Virus record (IMG/VR): IMGVR_UViG_3300044646_002092
Location: 52,445-116,444 of that record
Origin: a virus
Length of the DNA stretch: 64,000 nucleotides
Reading direction: 5' to 3' (one strand)
Shown: in pieces, positions 9,240 through 19,077 of the stretch
Layout of the letters: each line of letters starts with the position of its first letter
How positions within the stretch are numbered: position 1 is the first letter of the stretch
Notes under the pieces: generated by a model
Told to the model about the DNA's origin: nothing
The model's input: the letters and a program-made list of their open reading frames with translations, nothing else
The model's database searches: none
Position numbers and translations under genes: made by a program

Positions 9240-9500
9240 ATGAGTAAAACACTGCAACTGAAATGGGAGTACTCTTCTGCCAACCTGCCTAACGGAGAAA
9301 TTATGGCTCGATTCGGGCTACTCAAGGCTGCTGTTGATGGTACTCATAGTACTATGAGTTACCCTGACAGATTCACTTCAATAAATGCTGCACAGTTAAA
9401 AGCTGAAGATATGCTTTTCCGCCATTTGAAAGAGCTATCAGTAGGTATTGATGCTCTTGACGTAGATGAGGCTGTTGAAACAAACAAACTCGATAACTAA
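9240..9500 (+). CDS. Hypothetical protein
   Basis: 86-aa ORF directly after isrB. Confidence 0.6.
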   Translation: MSKTLQLKWEYSSANLPNGEIMARFGLLKAAVDGTHSTMSYPDRFTSINAAQLKAEDMLFRHLKELSVGIDALDVDEAVETNKLDN

Positions 9501-9947
9501 AAAATTACTGGTGAAAGTAGGGCTAGAAAGTGCCCCAAAACGAAAGCGTGAGTCCCACCCCGTAATCGTCCAGCTACCACTATTTCTATCTAAAAGCAAG
9601 CTACCAGCACCATTTCTCAGCGTCGTCTGTAGATTAATGGTGCTGTTTTGTGTAAATACCACTCGAACCTGCTCGACGGAAGTGAAGTCAGCTATAGTTG
9701 TTCCTGAAGTCGTTGTAATACTCGTAATTGTGTTTAATTTATTTGCAGTATTATTTGACCTGAACCATCGCCCAGACCCCGCAGTGGGAGCAAATATCTG
9801 ACCTGAAACAGTTGCATCTGAAGCTGTTGCATCGTATATTAGCCAAGACTTGAGTTCAATGCAGACAACTGCAAAACCTTGTGGAAGTGCGCTGACATCG
9901 AGATTGAGAACTTCAGTAAGTGTAGAAAAAGAGATAGGATGTGCCAT
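9438..9947 (-). CDS. Virion protein with a tailspike-type N-terminal adaptor module
   Basis: S-x-x-E-x-x-x-L...W-x-x-YD...PTAGSGRW module shared with other fibre proteins in the window. Confidence 0.6.
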   Translation of the reverse strand: MAHPISFSTLTEVLNLDVSALPQGFAVVCIELKSWLIYDATASDATVSGQIFAPTAGSGRWFRSNNTANKLNTITSITTTSGTTIADFTSVEQVRVVFTQNSTINLQTTLRNGAGSLLLDRNSGSWTITGWDSRFRFGALSSPTFTSNFLVIEFVCFNSLIYVKSINTY

Positions 9948-9951
9948 CTAA

Positions 9952-12144
9952 CTATTGACCATAAAAAACATCAGGAATGTAGTTGCCAGTATACCGCGCA
10001 GACTTAGTGACTCGTAGCTGTGAAATCTCAATCCAACTTCTACTTCTAAACAAAGAGGTGTTTATAGTGGCTATAGAAGAATCTTGACTGTACAACCTCT
10101 TGATACTAAATTCAGACGCTGACGAGGCTATATTCATCGCTTCGCTTGTTGTTGCAGTTGCTTCGAGTTCGCCATTCAAGAATAGAGAACAGCTTGTACC
10201 AAATTTCACAAAAGATACATCAACTACTGTGCTATCTGGAATATCAGTTACACCATCCAAAGTGAAGCTACCAAAAGTGACACGAAGCTTGAGGTCATAG
10301 ATGCCCCACGTAAAACCCCCCTCAACATCGATAATAGCCCCACGAGTATTGCCAGATGGATTAAATATCTTGGCTTCAAGTGTTACATCGCCAGTTATCT
10401 CCAAGCTGCTATCGGTATACCCAATATGAGAGTACTTATTGAGCCGTCCTGACGCGATGAGTGGTTGTACTGTAGTATTTGACGTGAAACTTCTTGTGAG
10501 GCTGTACTGAGCAAAATCTGCCTCACCTACATTAAATTTGAGAAGTAGTACTGTGTTCGCCGTTGCGGTGTCTTTAGGCGGAACGTCATTAGCAGAAAAG
10601 GGAATACTAGCTGCTGTATTAATGGTAAGTTGACGCAAATATCCTTGCCAACTTTGGGAAGTCCATGCAGCAGTACCTACCGAGTTTTTCAAGCTACCTA
10701 TGCACAGTGGCTCAGTTGAATTATTGTTGAAGTTGTTAGCTGCTTTGAGGTGAGCGCTTAAGACTCCATCGATAAATATTTTGTAGACTCGCCCGATTCG
10801 ATTAATGACAACGCTATGCTCGAAGAGGTCGTCTGGTAAGGCACAAGACAGCACGTTAGACCCAAAGGCAGCAAACAAGGTACTATCTGCCGCTACACCC
10901 ACATAAAAGCCTATACTAGATGCTTTGTGGCTACCCACAATACAACCATACTCGCCTACGCTCGTTTTGGCAGAAAAGAAGGAAATAGTGAAGTCAGTTT
11001 CGTTGAGGTCGAATGCCGATGTTTTTGTCGCCTCAAGTCTGCCCCCTGAGAGTAATAGACGTGCCTTACTGATGGTTGGAGTGCCGACTGTATTGCCGAT
11101 TGTTGAAATGCCAGCGCCAGTATATGCAGTTGTTGATGATGCAAATGCCAGATACAACGCTTCGCTGAAAGGAGCCTCCCACCCTATTTTTTCTGCATAA
11201 GCGACAGCGCCAGTTTTGTCCACATTGTCGCTGTAATCAATGTTCGCGTAAAGTTTGTTGACGTACTGCAATTCAAGTACTTGTTTGCCAAAATATGCAG
11301 TGAGAAGTGTTGCTTGGCTGTATTGCTTAGGGAGCGCGAAGATGTCAGTGAAATTCTTGATTATGTGACCGTTTGGAATCAGCTCGATGAAGTATTTCGT
11401 ATACTTGCCAGCATTGAGGATTGTGAGCGTTGTATTAGTCGCTAGAGTGATGCTGATGTATTGGGTCGCGCCAGCAAGGTCAAGCGAGTATGTGTCGGTA
11501 GAAATAGTAATTGAGGTCAGGTCGTATGCGTCGATTTGATTTTGAGGTATAGGCTCCCAAGTAGCAGGAGTCACAATTAACGTAGCTTCACATTTTAGTT
11601 CTAACTCTCGGATACTGATTGTTGTCTGAGAACCCCGATAAAATACGAAAAGATAGGTCGTCGAAGGTGAAAACTCTTCAGTTATAAAATATTCTGTAGT
11701 TGCATAATTACTTACTATAAACGTACCTACTAAGCTAGTCGGCTCTACGGCGCTGCCCCTATAAACATCCACTTGTTCTGGTTTATTGAAGTTGCCATTG
11801 AATTGACCGTTAGTAAGTAAAAAGCTTGTTAATAATTTAGCTTCAGGAAATGTTGTGATTACTCTAAAAACATTTGATGTATATGGCATACACGCTTCAC
11901 CAGTACCGTCATTAAGTTTATCCAAAGCATAACTTGCATTAAAGTAAGAATAGCTTTCTGGTGTTGATGCTGTATAGGGAATGACTTGAGGTACACCGAT
12001 TTCGGAAGTCTCAGGAATATACACTTGCCAACACTTGCGGTCAAAGTTGATTAGCGGTGTATTTGCAGGTACTAGCGACAAATCGAGAGCTGAAAGTTCG
12101 CTGTCGCTATTAATCGTGTAGCCGTTGCGGGGAGGTCTGCTCAT
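9952..12144 (-). CDS. Tail fibre or receptor-binding protein with LamG/ConA-like domains
   Basis: DFTISFF...HSVVINRIGRVYKIFIDG and ISQLRVTKSARYTGNY LamG signatures; discoidin-like segment. Confidence 0.75.
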   Translation of the reverse strand: MSRPPRNGYTINSDSELSALDLSLVPANTPLINFDRKCWQVYIPETSEIGVPQVIPYTASTPESYSYFNASYALDKLNDGTGEACMPYTSNVFRVITTFPEAKLLTSFLLTNGQFNGNFNKPEQVDVYRGSAVEPTSLVGTFIVSNYATTEYFITEEFSPSTTYLFVFYRGSQTTISIRELELKCEATLIVTPATWEPIPQNQIDAYDLTSITISTDTYSLDLAGATQYISITLATNTTLTILNAGKYTKYFIELIPNGHIIKNFTDIFALPKQYSQATLLTAYFGKQVLELQYVNKLYANIDYSDNVDKTGAVAYAEKIGWEAPFSEALYLAFASSTTAYTGAGISTIGNTVGTPTISKARLLLSGGRLEATKTSAFDLNETDFTISFFSAKTSVGEYGCIVGSHKASSIGFYVGVAADSTLFAAFGSNVLSCALPDDLFEHSVVINRIGRVYKIFIDGVLSAHLKAANNFNNNSTEPLCIGSLKNSVGTAAWTSQSWQGYLRQLTINTAASIPFSANDVPPKDTATANTVLLLKFNVGEADFAQYSLTRSFTSNTTVQPLIASGRLNKYSHIGYTDSSLEITGDVTLEAKIFNPSGNTRGAIIDVEGGFTWGIYDLKLRVTFGSFTLDGVTDIPDSTVVDVSFVKFGTSCSLFLNGELEATATTSEAMNIASSASEFSIKRLYSQDSSIATINTSLFRSRSWIEISQLRVTKSARYTGNYIPDVFYGQ

Positions 12145-12222
12145 TTCATTATTATACCTCTAGAGGGATTCGCAAAAAAGAGGTTGCAGGTAATATTGAG
12201 TTGTTAATTACGAGCAAAGCCA

Positions 12223-12459
12223 ATGAATACTAGACACTTATATACATTTCAAGATGGTAGGGTTCTTGTACTTGAGCATATTGTAGCTATAGGTAGCATT
12301 TACCCCTCGCGAGATGAGGGTATGTTTTTTCAAGTGGATATGCTTGGTGATGTTTGCTATTGCTACCCAGATGTTGAGTTTGAAAAGACTCGCTCAGCAT
12401 TGCAAAACTACAAAACTACCGAACGCGCCGAACTTATTAAAGCATTACGTGCAATTTGA
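12223..12459 (+). CDS. Hypothetical protein
   Basis: First gene of a plus-strand island. Confidence 0.6.
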   Translation: MNTRHLYTFQDGRVLVLEHIVAIGSIYPSRDEGMFFQVDMLGDVCYCYPDVEFEKTRSALQNYKTTERAELIKALRAI

Positions 12460-12701
12460 TGCTAAGAATTGAAAACACTCAAGCTGAGACTAGTTTTGGA
12501 TTCGATTCTACATTAATCGAACTATTCATTAATTTTTTTACTTTATTTCAGATAGAGTTTTATTTTTATCCACTTATTGAATGGGGATGGAGATGGGAAC
12601 ACTCAGTAGAGAATTTATCAAATACTCAGACAGACTTCATTTCTTCGTATATCCTGCCCACACTTGATGTAAAAATAAGAGTTAGGTACATATTAAGATG
12701 A
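12456..12701 (+). CDS. Hypothetical protein
   Basis: Overlapping stop/start junctions on both sides. Confidence 0.5.
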   Translation: MMLRIENTQAETSFGFDSTLIELFINFFTLFQIEFYFYPLIEWGWRWEHSVENLSNTQTDFISSYILPTLDVKIRVRYILR

Positions 12702-13267
12702 TTAAGCAATTCCTTCGATTATTCCCTTACGTGCGACAACTTGAAGACCAGCTTCAGAAAGCTCTTTGCGGTGAAATCTCACTCGAAAGTTTGCAAGTTA
12801 AGGACGGTAACATTGACCTAAAGCTAAAGTCGAAAATTGTTCCTATTGTAGCTGGAGCATTTCATGAACTACTTGACGAGATGCAAGCACCTAACTACAT
12901 AGAGTTCAGCCTAGACCACTTAGAAACACACGAAACTATTCTTGTGATAGTGCAGAAAAAGAGTGGTAAGTCACCTCATGAATTGCGCGTTGAGGCAGAA
13001 GAGAAGTATAAGGCTTTGCTCGAAGGTAATCCTGAAGCTACAAAGTTATCTGAAATTCCTTGTTGGTATGTGAGTTATCGAGGTAATTGCTTTGGTATTT
13101 TTATGACTGAGAATCTTGCTGAAGAGTTCTCAGAATTTATTAAACCTAAAATAGATGCTAAAGCCTCCGTGAACTGCAAAGACTGGATTCCCGCCATCCA
13201 TGAGTCAAATGTAAAAGATTGTTTGAATCGTGCATTTCCCACAACTTATTTTGAGGATGTAGTATAA
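12698..13267 (+). CDS. Hypothetical protein
   Basis: 189-aa ORF, translationally coupled. Confidence 0.65.
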   Translation: MIKQFLRLFPYVRQLEDQLQKALCGEISLESLQVKDGNIDLKLKSKIVPIVAGAFHELLDEMQAPNYIEFSLDHLETHETILVIVQKKSGKSPHELRVEAEEKYKALLEGNPEATKLSEIPCWYVSYRGNCFGIFMTENLAEEFSEFIKPKIDAKASVNCKDWIPAIHESNVKDCLNRAFPTTYFEDVV

Positions 13268-13270
13268 GTT

Positions 13271-13552
13271 ATGAATTTAATTGAGCAATGCAAACAAGCA
13301 ATAGAGAGAGATATTCTTAAGGATGGTAAACCTCGTATAACAGTCGTACTTAAAGGCAAGTGGACTAAATCTGGTAAGAAGAAACTGTTTAATCTACCGA
13401 AAGCCCCAAAGGGCGATATTTTTGCTGACCACAGTGAAGGTAAGTTGGTCGTGAGTTTTGATGCTAAAGAAGTTTTGGTTTACTGTGAGCAGTTAGTTCC
13501 TGTGATGTTAAGTATAGAAAAACAGAGAACTATAAAACCTCCTGAGGTATAA
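13271..13552 (+). CDS. Hypothetical protein
   Basis: 93-aa ORF in the operon. Confidence 0.6.
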   Translation: MNLIEQCKQAIERDILKDGKPRITVVLKGKWTKSGKKKLFNLPKAPKGDIFADHSEGKLVVSFDAKEVLVYCEQLVPVMLSIEKQRTIKPPEV

Positions 13553-13581
13553 TCAATAAAACTAGCACATAGGCAAAGATT

Positions 13582-14274
13582 TTGGCTAAACAAAGAAACC
13601 AATCCACCGCACTATTCGATATTTCAAAGCTACTTAAAGTAGAGGCTAAAACAGAGAACCAGCAACGAGCATTTGATTATTTTTCGGAGGGGTATAACCT
13701 GATACTATCGGGGTCTGCTGGTTCTGGGAAAACGATGCTGGCTCTGTATCTTGGTCTTAAATCTCTACTACTTCGCAAATATGAAAAAGTTGTAATCGTT
13801 CGCTCAATTGTTCCGACACGCAATATTGGCTTCCTCAAAGGGACGCAGCAGGAGAAAGAGTGCGTGTATGAACAAACTTATTTGAATCTGGTCAACAAGC
13901 TTCTACCCACAATTCCTAATGCTTACGATGCGATGAAGAAGGAGAAGACTCTTGAATTTACATCTACCAGTTTCATTCGTGGGAATAACATCGATAATGC
14001 CGTAGTAATCATTGATGAATTTTCCAACCTTACTTACCATGAGTTGAGTTCAGTAATAACGAGACTCGGAGAGAATGTTAGGGTAATATTTTCAGGAGAT
14101 TTTTATCAATCAGATTTACGATATTCTGACGAGAAAGAAGGTGTTTTAAAATTTTTAAAAGTTCTTTCACTAATGGAGGAAGATTTTAAACGTGTTGACT
14201 TTACTATTGATGACGTAGTTCGTAGCGGTTTAGTGAAAAGGTTCCTCCTTGCGGAGCATGAACTAAGACAATAG
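13582..14274 (+). CDS. phoH: PhoH-like ATPase
   Basis: GSAGSGKT Walker A, IGFLKG, FIRG-x-x-I, IIDEFSN, TRLGEN, SGDFYQSDL, DVVRSGLV. Confidence 0.93.
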   Translation: MAKQRNQSTALFDISKLLKVEAKTENQQRAFDYFSEGYNLILSGSAGSGKTMLALYLGLKSLLLRKYEKVVIVRSIVPTRNIGFLKGTQQEKECVYEQTYLNLVNKLLPTIPNAYDAMKKEKTLEFTSTSFIRGNNIDNAVVIIDEFSNLTYHELSSVITRLGENVRVIFSGDFYQSDLRYSDEKEGVLKFLKVLSLMEEDFKRVDFTIDDVVRSGLVKRFLLAEHELRQ

Positions 14275-14306
14275 GGCAGCTTTAGTCCAAGCTATTTTAC
14301 GATATG

Positions 14307-14330
14307 ACCCAGCAGCAATGTTGGGTTTTT
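14307..14330 (+). terminator. Rho-independent terminator after phoH
   Basis: ACCCAGCA-GCAA-TGTTGGGT followed by TTTT. Confidence 0.8.
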
Positions 14331-14404
14331 GTGTATATACCCTCAGATAGATGTTTTACAAAATTATACGTGCTTCAATGAAGTTGTTGTAAACAGCAAA
14401 ACAA

Positions 14405-15100
14405 ATGTTTGAAGATTTAGTAAATAGCTCCAAGCGCGAAAACGACAATTATGTTAACGCTACGAAATGGTGTAAACAGTTTGGTAAGGGCAAAGAGTGG
14501 TCTAGATTTATGCAAGTCGAAACTACTATAAAGTTTGTCGAAGCTTGCTGTCAGAAATTAAACCTCTCCACAAAAGAGGTTATCCAAGCAAAGCAAGGAC
14601 GCAATGGTGGTACTTGGGTTCACCCACTTATCGCAATCAAATTGGCTGAATGGCTTAGTCCAGATTTTGAAGTTTTTGTCAAGGAAGTATTTGTTGCCTA
14701 CATCGAAGCAGATATTAGTTTGGCTGACTCTATCATTGAACGTACTGATGACCTCGAAGGACTCAAAAAGCACAACACCAAATCTGCTGCCAGACAAAAG
14801 CAGCTTGAGGGCTACCACGACTTGATGAACGAATTGCGTAAACACAAGTGCGAGGATATACACTTCGCAACCGTGAACAAACACAATAATCAACTTATTG
14901 GTGTGGAAACTCGTAAAGCTGGGCTGACTAAAGATGAAGTCAGTGTAGTCACTATTTTGGAGAATTTCGAGAGGCTTCGACTGTCGGGCGAAATCCCTAC
15001 AAAACCTTGGAAGGCTGTGAATCTGACCAAGGATGCAGGGAATCGCTTGATGCAGTTTCTAGCTGGGGAACTAATTCCAGAAACTAGAGCTACAACTTAA
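14405..15100 (+). CDS. KilA-N domain protein (copy 1)
   Basis: YVNATKWCKQFGK...GGTWVHPLIAIKLAEWLSPDF. Confidence 0.88.
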   Translation: MFEDLVNSSKRENDNYVNATKWCKQFGKGKEWSRFMQVETTIKFVEACCQKLNLSTKEVIQAKQGRNGGTWVHPLIAIKLAEWLSPDFEVFVKEVFVAYIEADISLADSIIERTDDLEGLKKHNTKSAARQKQLEGYHDLMNELRKHKCEDIHFATVNKHNNQLIGVETRKAGLTKDEVSVVTILENFERLRLSGEIPTKPWKAVNLTKDAGNRLMQFLAGELIPETRATT

Positions 15101-15330
15101 AAACGCTTACTATCTTCGGGAACGGGGTCGGGCTTATCAACAGGCTCGTCCTCGTCGTTATCATCTTCATCCCAGAAGACCTCCGAAATGCCATAGAGTT
15201 CAAACAAGAGATTTAGATGAGTTTCTACCATTTCGCTATTCTTTTCTGTCAAGTCCACTAATGCGAGATTCTGAGCTTTGGCGATTAGCTTAATTTGATT
15301 CTCAATTAAGAGGCTTAGGTCGGTATCCAT
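15097..15330 (-). CDS. Small protein with an acidic C-terminus
   Basis: 77 aa; DEDDNDEDE tail. Confidence 0.55.
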   Translation of the reverse strand: MDTDLSLLIENQIKLIAKAQNLALVDLTEKNSEMVETHLNLLFELYGISEVFWDEDDNDEDEPVDKPDPVPEDSKRF

Positions 15331-15401
15331 GTTATTTCTCTAGAGGTATTGCTGTGCTGAGCTGGTAATGTTTTAATGATTGTATCACTTGGAGGTTAAT
15401 T

Positions 15402-15713
15402 ATGACTAGAAAAATTGTTTGTCTTTGCGGCTCGACTAGATTCAAAGAAGCTTTTGAGGAAGCTAATAAGCGTGAAACCCTCAAAGGTAACATCGTTCTC
15501 AGTGTAGGTTGGTATGGTCACTGTGAAGATACGCCTATATCTGAAGAGCAGAAAGAGAAACTTGACGAGCTTCACTTGGACAAAATCAGAATGTCTGACG
15601 AAGTGCTTTTTCTCAATGTGGGTGGCTATATGGGTAAGTCTACTTGTAGAGAGCTAAGTTTTGCGGTCGGATTGCAGAAAAAGATTAGTTGGTTAGAGGA
15701 GCCTGAGTATTAG
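15402..15713 (+). CDS. DUF4406 / nucleoside 2-deoxyribosyltransferase-like protein
   Basis: CLCGSTRF...LHLDKIRMSDEVLFLNVGGYMGKSTCREL pattern; GGAGG RBS. Confidence 0.7.
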   Translation: MTRKIVCLCGSTRFKEAFEEANKRETLKGNIVLSVGWYGHCEDTPISEEQKEKLDELHLDKIRMSDEVLFLNVGGYMGKSTCRELSFAVGLQKKISWLEEPEY

Positions 15714-17110
15714 AAGTATTGCTTAATTTGTTCAAATTCACTACCAAGCCAATTCCAAAAACTCACATTGTCCCAGCTATACACCCTTTTGGGCAACGGC
15801 TGGGACATCACACTGAAGGCACTCGCGCCACTTTCAAGGTAAATACCGTTACATAGTCCTAAAATACCGCCAGCTATAGAAAAGAGATTGGAGTTTGTTG
15901 CGATTGTAGTTGCGTAAGAAGTTACAATGTTGATGTCTGCCGAATTTACTCTGAGACGTAGTTCTGTAGCTGTTTTTTGAACCCAAATGTGTTGCCAAGC
16001 ATTTGTGGGCGCGACCCACGAAGTTGAGATAACTGCACTGCCATTGATAGCCACCTCAAGATTATTACTGCTCGTTTTTTTAAGCGCAAACACACCATTC
16101 TTTTCTGCCAACGTCGCTTGACGACCTGCGGTTGGGGTCGTAAAATAGCAAAAACAATTGAAAGTGAACTCATTAGGAAAAACAACATCTTCATAAGATA
16201 TAGATGTACCCGCAGAAGCTACTAAACACTCGGTTCCAAATAATTTCTTTTCTGACTCATATTCAATCCCCGACATTGATGCGATTTTTGAATTGCTGCT
16301 CTGGTCACTCAACCTACCATTGAAATCTAAGTGTAGGAGGCTCGAATTATTACTTGGGGATACATATGACATTAAATCTACTGCAACGTCTGGAATCCTC
16401 AAAACGAGACTATTAGAATAAATGATAGAATTTGGCTTGAGAGTTGTAGGAATCGAAATATCCGCCTCGAACCAAATGTTGTTGCTTGCATCAGTAATTC
16501 TTGCGAGATTTATTGTGCTATTAATACTCGGTAAAGTCTGCGTGTTACCATACTCGAAAAATATCTCGCCAAGTGTACCGATTTCTTTTTTTGACCATTT
16601 GCTCGGTGTCAGTGCTAGTGTGGCTTGCAGCGTATTGTTATTGTTGTAATACTTGGCGCTCAGCGCGCTGGGAAAGAGCGAAGCTGTACCTTTGAATAGT
16701 AAGTTAAGTATAGCGTTGCTAAGCGTAGCCGTGCCAAAGTCCAGTGTCAGTGTTAAGCCTGTACCAGAGTAGAGAGTTAGTTCGCTGCCAGCCTCTATGG
16801 TGACATCAGAAAATGCAGCATTAGCAACGATAATGCCGTCAGAGGTAGTAAGGCGGAGGGAGAGGGGTAGCGCATAGGTTGAGATGGCAGCTCCGAAATT
16901 GATGTCGAGTGTGTTAGTGCAAATGTTGTTTGTAATTATCCAGTAGCTTGCGTCTAGATTGAGCGCTGAGATGCCAAACAGTGTGTTGGTGATGTTAGTT
17001 CCGCTTGTGTCATGCAGAGTAGCTAGAATTGGCAAAGAAGCTGCTGTGATGGTTTGCTGCTTTATTACTTTTTCTGTGATATCGACGCAAGTGCTGAAGA
17101 GTGTGGTCAT
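15710..17110 (-). CDS. Virion protein with a C-terminal LamG-like domain
   Basis: SLLHLDFNG...KLFGT...FTFNCFCYF...WQHIWVQK. Confidence 0.7.
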   Translation of the reverse strand: MTTLFSTCVDITEKVIKQQTITAASLPILATLHDTSGTNITNTLFGISALNLDASYWIITNNICTNTLDINFGAAISTYALPLSLRLTTSDGIIVANAAFSDVTIEAGSELTLYSGTGLTLTLDFGTATLSNAILNLLFKGTASLFPSALSAKYYNNNNTLQATLALTPSKWSKKEIGTLGEIFFEYGNTQTLPSINSTINLARITDASNNIWFEADISIPTTLKPNSIIYSNSLVLRIPDVAVDLMSYVSPSNNSSLLHLDFNGRLSDQSSNSKIASMSGIEYESEKKLFGTECLVASAGTSISYEDVVFPNEFTFNCFCYFTTPTAGRQATLAEKNGVFALKKTSSNNLEVAINGSAVISTSWVAPTNAWQHIWVQKTATELRLRVNSADINIVTSYATTIATNSNLFSIAGGILGLCNGIYLESGASAFSVMSQPLPKRVYSWDNVSFWNWLGSEFEQIKQYF

Positions 17111-17559
17111 TCTAAAGTAAATTGAGGGACAGGTCTTTTTATTTTTATCCCACTCTTGATAGTGGGTACAGGTTCTTCCATCATTCCGCCAAACCCTTTA
17201 AATGGGTCTTTGCGGAATCCTAGATACCCCGTAGGACTAGCTGCTGTGTCAGAAACTTTGCGAATATCTGTAAATCCTTCTGAAATTGGTATACGTTTTG
17301 AGGTTGAGTATTTCTCAGAGGGCATATATACTTTAGCTTTTGGGTTATCGTTCTTATATTTGTTTCCGTCCCAATACATAGATTGCCTAGCTAAATACAT
17401 GGGTGTATCATCAGCCCAACCGCCCATAACTTTTTGATGAGTCTCGATGTCATATCCTGTATTGTTCAGATAGTTTTTGTTCCCTTGGTCTAATTGGAAC
17501 TGTTTTTTCTTTAACCTATTAACAGTTCTAGTAATTCCGAAATCAGCAAAGTGTTGCAT
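17107..17559 (-). CDS. HFANF-tag protein A (paralog of 49589..50089)
   Basis: Starts MQHFADFG; shares DIRKV.D.A.S..GY.GFR.DPFKG.GGMMEE with its paralog. Confidence 0.7.
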   Translation of the reverse strand: MQHFADFGITRTVNRLKKKQFQLDQGNKNYLNNTGYDIETHQKVMGGWADDTPMYLARQSMYWDGNKYKNDNPKAKVYMPSEKYSTSKRIPISEGFTDIRKVSDTAASPTGYLGFRKDPFKGFGGMMEEPVPTIKSGIKIKRPVPQFTLE

Positions 17560-17627
17560 ATTAGTCTTTAAGTAGTTAATCTTATTGTACCAAAGAGGTA
17601 TTGCAATGCAAATGATATTGTGGTAAT

Positions 17628-18122
17628 TTGAATACGAACATTATACAGACACCTATGATTGAAACTCTCGGTTCGCCAGCATCCTCTTTTATGCAAGAAA
17701 GGTTGGACAAGTCCAGAAACTTTTTGCGCGAATATTCAGAAATTATCGATACATATCTTGTTGGTCTTAGCACTCGACTAGGTATTCCTTTTACTTTCGA
17801 GATTGATTGTGAGAATGGTTCGGTAATCTTCAAACGCCAACTACCTCCGAAAGGTAAATTGCTGGGTATCACGTACACTTTCGATGAAGAAACTCTATTC
17901 TTTAAAGAACCGACCGCAGAATTACTTCGTGTATCTATCGCATCCTTGAGATATTGCATCACAAAAACATTGCTTAAATTCAGCGACCAATTTTACCGAG
18001 ATAGATTTGAGGGTAAGCCATTTGTTGACGACTCGTTGTTTGAATATACCAACAAGGATGGTTCTACCAGTTTGATTCGAGTTGACGCTATTGACTGGTC
18101 ATCTGTGTTCGAGGCTGTTTAG
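17628..18122 (+). CDS. Hypothetical protein
   Basis: 164-aa ORF with TTG start (or ATG further downstream). Confidence 0.6.
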   Translation: MNTNIIQTPMIETLGSPASSFMQERLDKSRNFLREYSEIIDTYLVGLSTRLGIPFTFEIDCENGSVIFKRQLPPKGKLLGITYTFDEETLFFKEPTAELLRVSIASLRYCITKTLLKFSDQFYRDRFEGKPFVDDSLFEYTNKDGSTSLIRVDAIDWSSVFEAV

Positions 18123-18138
18123 CTAAATTTCGCTGACG

Positions 18139-18166
18139 TTCTTTTCTGCATCGAGCGTCAGCGAGT
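18139..18166. repeat. 28-bp dispersed repeat, copy 1 (TTCTTTTCTGCATCGAGCGTCAGCGAGT)
   Basis: 27/28 identical to 50099..50126; here it also forms a 9-bp stem (TCGCTGACG/CGTCAGCGA, 18130-18164). Confidence 0.85.
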
Positions 18167-18189
18167 ATCTCAATCGCCGAAGGGCTAGA

Positions 18190-18428
18190 AGAAAATATCC
18201 GAGAAGAAGAAGAAGTAGAAGTATAAAGGAGATATTTAAACTATTAGCACCAAGGCACTGTAAGGTTTTCAGTGTATTTTAGTGTTAGCAAAACAACTTA
18301 TTAAATTAGCAAAGTAGCCCATACAAACCTAAAAAATTATAAAACAGCCCTATTCGGTTAGCACTCTAACAGCAAAATCACTGCTAATAGGTATGCTAAT
18401 ATAATAATAGGAAACTAATTAAATAAGT
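18190..18428. promoter_or_regulatory. AT-rich intergenic region with clustered TTAGCA/TGCTAA hexamers (origin- or operator-like)
   Basis: TTAGCA at 18244, 18285, 18306, 18358; inverted TGCTAA at 18382, 18394; purine run AGAAGAAGTAGAAGTA near 18207. Confidence 0.5.
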
Positions 18429-19076
18429 ATGGAAGATAATTTAGCTCTCGTAGCACAAGTAGAAAAAAGCCTGTGGCGTAACCCTACAGATGAGGAGGGT
18501 GTTTTGCAACTGTTTAGTGATGCCGATAGACCATTAGCTAGTGTCCTTGTAGGTGGTTTTGTCAGTATGCAAAAGCAGATGGCGGAAATCAAATCGCTTA
18601 TCACTACTATTGCAAGTAACAAGACCAACTCAGTAACACCGACAGAGTTAGGTATGTTCTTCAGCATGGACGCTTACAAGTACCTTATTGAAGACTTTAG
18701 CCTTATAGAGGACAAAGTGGCTTACAAAGGTGAAATATGCGGTCAGAGTGATTCGGTGATTTTGCAGTTATCTATACGGCTTGAAGATTTCTTTGGTTCT
18801 AAGGATGTTCACTTTGCTAATTTGTTCAAGGGATTGCGCCGAGCTTTGACTAAACGTGGTAATGTATTGCAAGATTATAAACTACTCCTACAAAATGAGC
18901 TAGATGAGTATTTCAATCAACACAAGAAAGCAAAACGAATTAAGTTCAAGACTATCGCAGACATTTTTTCTGAACTGCCAGACATGACAGAGCAAAAACT
19001 GAAACTGTGGCTTGAAGAATTAGGTTACAGACCTAAGCCCGATGTAAACCGAGTATTGTGGTATACAGACAAATAA
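18429..19076 (+). CDS. Putative DNA-binding protein, C-terminal winged-helix-like (paralog of 52654..53298)
   Basis: C-terminal ...RI...DI..E......L...L..LG[YW]......V.WY pattern shared with its paralog. Confidence 0.55.
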   Translation: MEDNLALVAQVEKSLWRNPTDEEGVLQLFSDADRPLASVLVGGFVSMQKQMAEIKSLITTIASNKTNSVTPTELGMFFSMDAYKYLIEDFSLIEDKVAYKGEICGQSDSVILQLSIRLEDFFGSKDVHFANLFKGLRRALTKRGNVLQDYKLLLQNELDEYFNQHKKAKRIKFKTIADIFSELPDMTEQKLKLWLEELGYRPKPDVNRVLWYTDK

Positions 19077-19077
19077 A

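Noticed and set aside
17582-17962. Minus-strand 126-aa ORF
   Set aside because: It overlaps the better-supported plus-strand gene 17628..18122 and has no recognisable features.
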